Of a stretch of 13,771 bases of DNA, positions 1 through 6,341 are shown piece by piece. A program made the translations under genes and the position numbers. The number at the start of each line of letters is the position of its first letter. Within the stretch, counting starts at the first letter, position 1. The notes beneath the pieces are model-generated. The model saw nothing but the letters and a program-made list of their open reading frames with translations, ran no database searches and had not been told where the DNA came from. This DNA is from Promethearchaeota archaeon (GTDB taxonomy: Archaea > Asgardarchaeota > Lokiarchaeia > Sigyniarchaeales > SOKP01). The stretch lies in NCBI GenBank assembly GCA_019058015.1, contig JAHLWH010000142.1, positions 1 to 13,771 on the forward strand, given 5' to 3'.

Positions 1-455
1 ATAAGTGCAGAAGCTCAACATCAACGATATCTTCAAATTTGTAGTGATGGAGAATGAGGTGCAATCATAACGTCGGAAGATGAAAGAGGAGCTGACTTAG
101 ATATTTATGCCCAACGAGTCAATTCTGTTGGAGATACGCAGTGGACAAGTAATGGGGAAGGGATAAGCACAGCATCCCAAGCTCAATATGATCCTCAAAT
201 TTGTAGTAACGGTTCAGGGGGGGCGATTATCGCATGGCAGGATGAAAGAGGAGGAGTAGCCGCCTCAGATATTTACGCCCAGCTAATCAATTCAAATGGT
301 GATGCACAGTGGTCTACCAATGGGATAGTTATAAGTGCAGAAGCTCAACATCAACGATATCTTCAAATTTGTAGTGATGGAGCAGGAGGTGCAATCATAA
401 CGTGGGAAGATGAAAGAGGAGCTGACTTAGATATTTATACCCAACGAGTCAATTC
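1..455 (+). repeat. Near-identical intragenic direct repeat, 1-125 vs 331-455
   Basis: 121 of 125 nt identical by manual alignment (mismatches at 53, 55, 74, 109). The 330-nt offset equals two protein repeat units. Confidence 0.95.
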
Positions 456-1515
456 AAATGGTGGTATAGAATGGACAAATAATGGAGTAGGTATATGTAT
501 TGCTAGCGGTAATCAACGATATCCTCAAATTTGTAGTGATGGAGCAGGAGGTGCAATCATAACGTGGGAAGATTATAGGTCTTTATCTCATTGGGATATT
601 TATGCGCAACGAATCAATTCAGCCGGAAATATTGAATGGACAAATAATGGAAGAGGTATATCCACGGAATCTGGTAATCAACGATATCCTCAAATTTGTA
701 GTGATGGAGCAGGAGGTGCAATCATCACGTGGGAAGATGATAGAGGAACAGTAGATATGGATATTTACGCACAGCGGGTTAACTCAGCTGGAAGTATTCA
801 ATGGACACTTGACGGAATAGAAATATGTACAGCAATCGACAATCAAAACTATCCTCAAATTATAACCGACGGATCTAATGGAGCTATCATCACATGGCAA
901 GATCATAGAGGGACTTCTGATGACATTTATGCACAGCGAGTTAATTCAGTTGGAAGTATACAATGGGACACTAACGGAAGTGTTATATGCACAATGGATG
1001 CTACCCAAAAAGAACCTCAGGCTTGTAGTGATGGAACAGGAGGTGCAATCATCACGTGGCCAGATTATAGGTCTTTATCTCATTGGGATATTTATGCACA
1101 ACGTATAAAAAATGCACTTCCAACATCATTTCATCCAGAAGACATTATAACCTCCAAAGATGGTTCAGAAACTATTAATTGGACACTATACGACGATTGT
1201 GCAGGTGGAAAATATCACGTATTAGCGAATGATACTAACGGCAATTATTATATTTGGAAGAATTGGACATCCTGGACAATTAACTCTCCTCTTAATGTTT
1301 CAATTAACCGGACCGTCTCAGGGTCTTTTGAATACACTATTGAATATTATGACGATCAAAATCAATATGGAATATCCGATACAGTTATAGTTGAAATCGT
1401 TGGTCTAGAAATTAGTGGGTATAACATTTTGATTCTTTTTATATCTGCCTTTATAGCTTTTGTCATTTTAAAAAGAAAAATAAAATCTAACCAAATTAGG
1501 CAAAGAAGCAATTGA
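1..1515 (+). CDS. 5'-partial cell-surface repeat protein (at least 7 repeats of about 55 aa, probably beta-propeller blades), then a beta-rich Ig-like domain and a Loki-CTERM-like membrane anchor
   Basis: Frame +1 is open from 58 to 1515, well upstream of the tracked ATG at 757, and 1-54 also encodes repeat sequence; one TGA lies at 55-57. Repeat consensus QIxSDGxGGAIIxWxDxR...DIYAQRxNSxG..W..NG starts at nt 34, 196, 364, 526, 691, 856 and 1018. The C-terminus reads ISGYN + hydrophobic helix + KRKIK. Confidence 0.85.
1411..1488 (+). other. Loki-CTERM-like C-terminal sorting signal
   Basis: ISGYNILILFISAFIAFVILKRKIK follows the motif / transmembrane helix / basic cluster layout, with the I[PS]GY signature typical of Lokiarchaeia surface proteins. 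Confidence 0.75.
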
Positions 1516-1620
1516 TAAATTTATACAAAAATCAAAAATTTTTTTTTTAATATAATTTTTTTTCTTCTTAATTCATATTTTAAATAATAAACTGTTTTAA
1601 AACTATTGACTTCGATTAAT

Positions 1621-1830
1621 AGTATTTATGCCGCCTTGCTGAATAATACAGGTGAAGATGTATATCTTAGCAAGAGGACAACGCTTAGCTGATATTAAAA
1701 AATATGGCATTATTTTAAAAAATGAATACTTAAAAACCGAAATGGTCGAACAAGTAAAAGTAGTCGAAAAATTATCCAGCGAAGATTCCTATGATTTAAT
1801 TATTGTAATTATGCGTAAAAATCAAGTCTT
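1621..1830 (+). pseudogene. panE: Ketopantoate reductase (ApbA/PanE family) N-terminal remnant, frameshifted and truncated at both ends
   Basis: Frame +1 SIYAALLNNTGEDV joins frame +2 ILARGQRLADIKKYGIIL...DSYDLIIVIMRKNQV, matching the KPR Rossmann domain pattern (G.DV..LARG..L..I...GI.L; YDLIIV..K..Q). The frameshift is near 1660-1666. The GxGxxG start and the C-terminal domain are absent. Confidence 0.7.
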
Positions 1831-1939
1831 TTCATTATTATTTTTAATTTTAAAGATAAAGAATAAAATTATCTCTTAAAAAAGCAATTAATTTATAAAT
1901 CGGGGGATAGTGATGATAATATTGAACCTACTAAGGAAT

Positions 1940-2035
1940 ATGAAATTGAAATGTCTTATTTTAATATCTTTTTCACTTGTTATTACATTTTTTTCAATAA
2001 TTTCTTACACCCAATTTCATTCTTTTCGGAAATAA
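1940..2035 (+). pseudogene. Short signal-peptide-like ORF, probably the truncated 5' end of a secreted or membrane protein gene
   Basis: MKLKCLILISFSLVITFFSIISYTQFHSFRK* (alternative in-frame ATG at 1913), with TTTATAAA at 1892-1899 upstream. It ends where the duplicated block begins (2031). Confidence 0.3.
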
Positions 2036-2228
2036 ATAAATAAAGATTAGATCCTGAATTACTTTAAATATTTCTAAACCATCAATGATACTTTGGATCA
2101 ATTAAAACGAAATGGGACTTTAAATCGTATTATTAGAAATTGATAATAATGAAAATCTTTGTGCTCGATTAAAATAGGTATTTTAAGGGAGATTTTCTAA
2201 GTATATTTTGTGTTTTTCCCAAATTTTT
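2031..2228. repeat. Diverged direct repeat, copy 1 (partner 4220-4417)
   Basis: Ungapped manual alignment at offset 2189 gives 172/198 identical nt (about 87%). Confidence 0.95.
2183..2227 (-). pseudogene. 3' fragment of a second copy of the RHH antitoxin gene
   Basis: Encodes KIWEKHKIYLENLP*, identical to the C-terminus of 4372-4611. All three nucleotide differences are synonymous (cac/cat, tac/tat, ctc/ctt). Confidence 0.9.
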
Positions 2229-2290
2229 CAAATTGGTATCTAGTTTCGGTCATTCACCTCGTTGCATTCTCAGAACACATTTTCTACATA

Positions 2291-2590
2291 TTACAAAGAT
2301 TGCTGAGCCAGGGTCTTCCACTCCAATAACCATTTTTAGAACTCTTCAAAATTTTAGAAGGGATAATTTATCTGAATTTGAATATCTCCAATATCTATAC
2401 CTTTATTGTCTAATAATTAGTCAATTTGGTCTAAAATTTTAATAGGATCGTTTTTTGATACCCATAATTTTACTCTCTCCAATGTCATATCAAAAAAATC
2501 GTCATCACAATCGCATCCTGGATAACAATCATTTGTGGATAACATCAGATTCCATAAAGCTAATTTTATTTGATGTGATTAATACGACAT
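2291..2590 (-). pseudogene. Decayed gene of about 99 codons for an acidic helical protein, loosely CdiI-immunity-like
   Basis: ATG at 2590, 25 nt after the toxin stop. It reads MSY*SHQIKLALWNLMLSTNDCYPGCDCDDDFFDMTLERVKLWVSKNDPIKILDQID*LLDNKGIDIGDIQIQINYPF*NFEEF*KWLLEWKTLAQQSL*, with four internal TAA and no frameshift. Confidence 0.5.
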
Positions 2591-2615
2591 TTTATCCAAA
2601 GATAATTAAAGAGAA

Positions 2616-2900
2616 TTAGAGTTTTAGTAATCGGCTACCATGGATAATGGATATTATTTCTATATGCTTTTGTTTAATCAAATAAATAATGCGATAATTT
2701 TTATAAAGAATTTCTCTCAAGTTAGGGTCATTATATTCTGGAACTTTTCTTCCAAACTTAGGAAATTGCTCTAAATGACTTATCATTTCATAAATCTGTT
2801 TTACTAAGATTTGGGCATATTTAGGTGAATCTTTTGAGATAAAATTCGCAATATTATCTAATTCTTTAAGTGCATTGTCTGTCCATTTTATTTCAACCAT
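2616..2900 (-). CDS. Type II toxin, RelE/ParE superfamily
   Basis: 94 aa with the pattern I.WT..A..EL..I..FI..DSP..A...FP..GR.VPE...LRE....YRIIY......I..IIHG.R. Overlaps the upstream small gene by 13 nt. Confidence 0.9.
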   Translation of the reverse strand: MVEIKWTDNALKELDNIANFISKDSPKYAQILVKQIYEMISHLEQFPKFGRKVPEYNDPNLREILYKNYRIIYLIKQKHIEIISIIHGSRLLKL

Positions 2901-3073
2901 TTTGCTAAACGCTCTTTCGCTTGTTCATGTGTGAATAATCTTCCTTCCTCAGAATCCTTTAATCCTTTCTCTATTTTTTGTCTTACATATATTGCTTCAA
3001 TTATATCTTCCATACTAATATCTTTAGGAAGTGATTTAATCATTTCTATAATATTTTCCTTTTCTGTTGCCAT
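2888..3073 (-). CDS. Cognate antitoxin of the RelE/ParE toxin
   Basis: MATEKENIIEMIKSLP...YVRQKIEKGLKDSEEGRLFTHEQAKERLAKWLK is typical of ParE-associated antitoxins. ATG 3073 has GAGGT 8 nt upstream (3082-3086), so I prefer it to the tracked TTG at 3088. Confidence 0.85.
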   Translation of the reverse strand: MATEKENIIEMIKSLPKDISMEDIIEAIYVRQKIEKGLKDSEEGRLFTHEQAKERLAKWLK

Positions 3074-3216
3074 GAAATAAAACCTCAATAAATGACAAGT
3101 TTCTTATAAATATATAATCTCTGTCTCATTAAATTTTTTATTATTAACTTAAAAAAGAATTTTAGTGTCTTGTTGTAAGCATATTATTATATAAATACTT
3201 CTTTTATAATTAATTT

Positions 3217-3378
3217 TCATACAAAACCCAAAATTTCATCCACTTCCATAGCTGGGACAAGTATTATATCCATATTAGCAAAAGCACTACATGGGAGATT
3301 GGATATTTACCAAATAATATTGCTTTGGGAACCGTATATAGCTTCTCCTGTAGAGTCACTTGATGATATATTCCTCGT
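3217..3378 (-). pseudogene. 3' remnant of an unidentified small gene
   Basis: 54 codons with one internal TAA: TRNISSSDSTGEAIYGSQSNIIW*ISNLPCSAFANMDIILVPAMEVDEILGFV*. It is more GC-rich than the flanking spacer and abuts the antitoxin 5' fragment. Confidence 0.35.
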
Positions 3379-3407
3379 ATACAAAAAATGAAAAATCGGT
3401 CATATTT
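3379..3407 (-). pseudogene. 5' fragment of a second copy of the RHH antitoxin gene
   Basis: 27/29 nt identical to 4587-4615. ATG at 3403 gives MTDFSFFV versus MTDISFSV in the intact gene. Confidence 0.8.
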
Positions 3408-3455
3408 TCTTTTTCTAGGAATAAAAAGAATATGATTATTAATTTTTTCTCTAAT

Positions 3456-3863
3456 TTACCAAGAGATTAGAGTTAAACCCCAGAAATCCTTAAATTTTTT
3501 ATCAGTAGAATAAATATTTTTAGTGTTATATTTGTGGCAAGTCATTGCAATAATCTCATCGTGTAATTCATAGCCTTTCTCATTATCCATCATTTGATTT
3601 AAAATTGACATATCAAAGCTATCAATTATAATGTTTGGGGATTCTTTCCATCTTAAATAATTCTCTCTTAATGCTTGTAGGGCATTCTCTCCATCTTTTC
3701 TAAAGTTCCATAGTATTTCCGTTATTGAAATGGTTGGTATTATCGCAATAATCTTTCCATTAATAATCTCCTGCTGCAATTTTTTTAGAACATTGGGAGG
3801 ACTACTTTTCTGCAATTGAAATAGTGCGACAGCATCCAAGACAACATGTTTTTTTGGGGGCAA
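3456..3863 (-). CDS. vapC: PIN-domain toxin (VapC family)
   Basis: PIN acidic motifs VVLDAV, ISITEI, LHDEIIA and IYSTDKKF; 135 aa; TTG start abuts the stop of the upstream AbrB-type gene. Confidence 0.88.
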   Translation of the reverse strand: MPPKKHVVLDAVALFQLQKSSPPNVLKKLQQEIINGKIIAIIPTISITEILWNFRKDGENALQALRENYLRWKESPNIIIDSFDMSILNQMMDNEKGYELHDEIIAMTCHKYNTKNIYSTDKKFKDFWGLTLISW

Positions 3864-4100
3864 TTAAATTCTCCATAAGCTTTTTTTGGCTTTCTCATGA
3901 TCTTCATAAGTAAATTCATAATTATCAAAAGTGCCAATGCAATCTTCAAAGGGATGTTTTTTTTTCCTTAATTTAATTTCATTTTCATTTAATTCTAGTT
4001 CTACGATGGAGCCATCAGTTAATTTAATTTTTTCTCTCCATTTTTTGGGAATTACTATTCTGCCATTTGAAGAGACTTTCTGTTCAATTTTTTCAACCAA
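3864..4100 (-). CDS. vapB: AbrB/MazE/SpoVT-family antitoxin (VapB)
   Basis: KVSSNGRIVIPKKWREKIKLTDGSIVELEL is the swapped-hairpin signature; lies directly upstream of the PIN toxin. Confidence 0.9.
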   Translation of the reverse strand: MVEKIEQKVSSNGRIVIPKKWREKIKLTDGSIVELELNENEIKLRKKKHPFEDCIGTFDNYEFTYEDHEKAKKSLWRI

Positions 4101-4146
4101 TTGTCATCAAATTATAATGAATTGTCAATTATAATAATGACAAATT
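4099..4146. promoter_or_regulatory. Putative promoter/operator of the vapBC pair
   Basis: AATTGTCA at 4099-4106 and 4120-4127, inverted TGACAA at 4138-4143, palindrome AATTG-T-CAATT at 4120-4130, and TTATAA boxes at 4112-4117 and 4129-4134. Confidence 0.5.
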
Positions 4147-4219
4147 AAAAATAAAAATATATCTAAAATAATTTTTTTTACGTTTAATTTAATCGTAAGA
4201 TAAAATAAATCTTTTTAGA

Positions 4220-4417
4220 ATTAAATAAACAGAAATTAGATCTTGAATTATTTTAAATATTTCTAAACCATCAATGAAACTTTAGATCAGATTAAACGAA
4301 ATAATACTATAGATTGTTTTATAAGAAATAGATAATGATGAAAACCTTTATGCTCGATTAAAATAGGTATTTTAAGGAAGATTTTCTAAATATATTTTAT
4401 GTTTTTCCCAAATTTTT
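4220..4417. repeat. Diverged direct repeat, copy 2 (partner 2031-2228)
   Basis: 172/198 identity, ungapped. Covers the antitoxin 3' end and about 150 nt downstream of it. Confidence 0.95.
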
Positions 4418-4611
4418 TGTTTTACCTCATTACCTATCGTTTCAGCGTCATCTAGAGTAAAAGTGCTTTTAGAGGTAATTTTATCTGCAATTTCTAATTT
4501 TTCGAGGTAATTTTCAACAGCAGCGTGTGCAATTGTATCCCATTTAATTTCGGGATATTTTTTCATTCTTTTTAATAATTCTTCAGATACAGAAAATGAA
4601 ATATCGGTCAT
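4372..4611 (-). CDS. Ribbon-helix-helix (CopG/VapB-like) antitoxin, with no directly adjacent toxin
   Basis: MTDISFSVSEELLKRMKKYPEIKW..IAH.AVE.YL is the strand-helix-helix pattern of archaeal PIN-associated antitoxins. Confidence 0.75.
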   Translation of the reverse strand: MTDISFSVSEELLKRMKKYPEIKWDTIAHAAVENYLEKLEIADKITSKSTFTLDDAETIGNEVKQKIWEKHKIYLENLP

Positions 4612-4723
4612 ATTTCTTCAATAAGGTAAATGGCTGTATTATTATTTATTTTTTATTATTGCAAAATTTTTTTAAAATAGATAAGAATTATAAAAATTGG
4701 AAAAATAGGAAAAAATATTAATT

Positions 4724-4742
4724 TTTATACTCGATTAAAATA
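4724..4742. repeat. 19-bp direct repeat TTTRTRCTCGATTAAAATA (other copies 2158-2176 and 4347-4365)
   Basis: 4724-4742 matches 4347-4365 at 18/19 positions. The core CTCGATTAAAATA is identical in all three copies. Confidence 0.8.
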
Positions 4743-4785
4743 AAAAAAAATTTGTTTTCCTTTGGTGATGAGGTTCACCGAAGGA
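4742..4785 (-). terminator. Hairpin plus T-tract downstream of the MFS gene
   Basis: Arms 4758-4768 and 4775-4785 (11 bp, one imperfect pair) with a 6-nt loop, followed on the minus strand by T9 (A-run 4742-4750). Confidence 0.5.
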
Positions 4786-4794
4786 TAATCTGTT

Positions 4795-6240
4795 TTATAT
4801 TCCAAGTTCTTCTAATTTTTTCTTGTTTGCTGCAACTTTTTCCGGTGTAAGGTCATAAAACTTCCAAAATAGAAAGATTGTTATTAGCACTAAAATTGCT
4901 GGGACGATTGCAGAATGGATACGAATCCCAAACAGAGCCAAGTCAGGTGTTGGGCTTAGAGATATTAATTCTGTGAGACTTGGAGCGCCTTCAACGAAGC
5001 CGGTTAAAGTGTGTACGATAGCAAAAATAATAGCCTGAAATGTCCCACTAAGTCGAATAAAAAAAGCTTGGTAACCGTAATAAATAGATTGTTGTCTCTT
5101 TCCCGTCCTCACGGCTATGTCATCAAGCACATCGCCCATTGTTGGTGGATCCATAAACCATTGTCCTCCAAGTCCAACTCCAAATAGAATTAAACTGATA
5201 ATCCATCCAAGAAAATTAACTACAAAAATCATTGGTAAAAACGTAAAAAGCATTACGATACCGCCTATTAAGCTCATTTTTTTATTATCCATTACCTTTT
5301 GGGAGATTAATAACCAAAGTGGAACTGAAACAAGAGCTCCCACGAGCATTGCCCCCAAGAAAAACATGAGAGCAGATGCTTCCAGATCCATAATAAAAGT
5401 TACTATATAGAGTCCAGAACCATGTATTAATGCAACTGCCGCTTGATAACCAAAGAAAAATATAACTTTAACCATAAATACCCTATCTGTAATTACTTTT
5501 TTAGCTGATTTAAAGAATGGTTCAATTTTTTCTTCTTTAATCGTTTCACTTCTCTGTTTGTATAGTTCTCTAATTTTTCTATTTTCAAATACACCCGGAA
5601 TTAAAAATAGGAAAAAAAGCAAGCCTATTCCAACACTTACTGTTGCGGAGATTCGATAAGTTTCTGCAACACCCGTTGTGATAAACATCGGCGGGATTAT
5701 TGCTGATAGAACAATTCCGATAATTCCTAATATGGTTCCCATACTTTGAGCAGTTCTACGTTCATTTAATCCTCGGAATTTATCTGGGTATAATGATATA
5801 GCATTAACATCATATAATGTAAGGAGTGTGTCATAAAGACAAAGTGAAAACAAATACCAACCAAAAATTAACCACTGATCGTTTATTGGATGCCAATTAA
5901 GTGGAACTAGAAAAATTATAAGAAAGGAAAATAACCAGGGAATACCACCTATGATAATCCAAGGAAATCTTCTTATATTCCACTTTTTTTCCCATGGCAT
6001 ACGGATACGTTCCATTATATACCCAATTATTGGATCATTGAACGCATTCCAAATTGAATATATAATCATTACTGTAGCACCTAATATTACATCCAAACCA
6101 ATTACTACTTCATAGAAAAAGAAAACAGAAAAACCAAATGCACCTGTTATCCATTGACCGAACATTTCTCTAGAGCCATAACTTGCCATGATTTTTTTAG
6201 AATTCTCATAAACTTCCTTTTCTTCTACTTTATCATTCAT
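4795..6240 (-). CDS. MFS transporter, glycoside-pentoside-hexuronide (GPH/MelB-like) family
   Basis: 481 aa with about 12 TM segments; IWNAFNDPIIG, RRFPWI, LYP....ERR and DVLDD...TGKRQ...YYG motifs. Confidence 0.9.
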   Translation of the reverse strand: MNDKVEEKEVYENSKKIMASYGSREMFGQWITGAFGFSVFFFYEVVIGLDVILGATVMIIYSIWNAFNDPIIGYIMERIRMPWEKKWNIRRFPWIIIGGIPWLFSFLIIFLVPLNWHPINDQWLIFGWYLFSLCLYDTLLTLYDVNAISLYPDKFRGLNERRTAQSMGTILGIIGIVLSAIIPPMFITTGVAETYRISATVSVGIGLLFFLFLIPGVFENRKIRELYKQRSETIKEEKIEPFFKSAKKVITDRVFMVKVIFFFGYQAAVALIHGSGLYIVTFIMDLEASALMFFLGAMLVGALVSVPLWLLISQKVMDNKKMSLIGGIVMLFTFLPMIFVVNFLGWIISLILFGVGLGGQWFMDPPTMGDVLDDIAVRTGKRQQSIYYGYQAFFIRLSGTFQAIIFAIVHTLTGFVEGAPSLTELISLSPTPDLALFGIRIHSAIVPAILVLITIFLFWKFYDLTPEKVAANKKKLEELGI

Positions 6241-6341
6241 TTCTATATCATTTTTTTTCGATAATTTTAAAATTATTCATATTAATTTTCTTTTAACTTC
6301 TTTAAATATATTTTTAATTTATAGAGATTTTATCTCCAACA

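Noticed and set aside
55-57. Selenocysteine TGA
   Set aside because: Aligns with Gly in the sister repeats, not Cys, and clusters with other damaging mismatches at the edge.
1-1100. CRISPR array or DGR template/variable repeat pair
   Set aside because: Repeats are in-frame coding units of about 165 nt, mismatches are not adenine-specific, and there is no cas or reverse transcriptase gene in the window.
878-1108. 76-aa alternative-frame ORF
   Set aside because: Lies wholly inside the repeat-protein gene and has no independent motif.
2081-2143. Plus-strand coding remnant in the duplicated block (INDTLDQLKRNGTLNRIIRN vs INETLDQIKRNNTIDCFIRNR)
   Set aside because: Some changes are silent or conservative, but both copies have an in-frame TAA just upstream and many changes are at first positions; inconclusive.
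2233-2442. 69-aa plus-strand ORF
   Set aside because: Antisense to the more protein-like minus-strand pseudogene frame; no recognisable features.
2291-2590. TAA reassignment (alternative genetic code)
   Set aside because: Most intact genes in the window terminate with TAA.
3931-4134. 67-aa plus-strand ORF
   Set aside because: Antisense shadow of the AbrB antitoxin.
2031-4742. Integron cassette array or IS element
   Set aside because: I found no convincing attC (RYYYAAC...GTTRRRY) structures, terminal inverted repeats, integrase or transposase by eye. A covariance-model search would be needed to exclude it fully.
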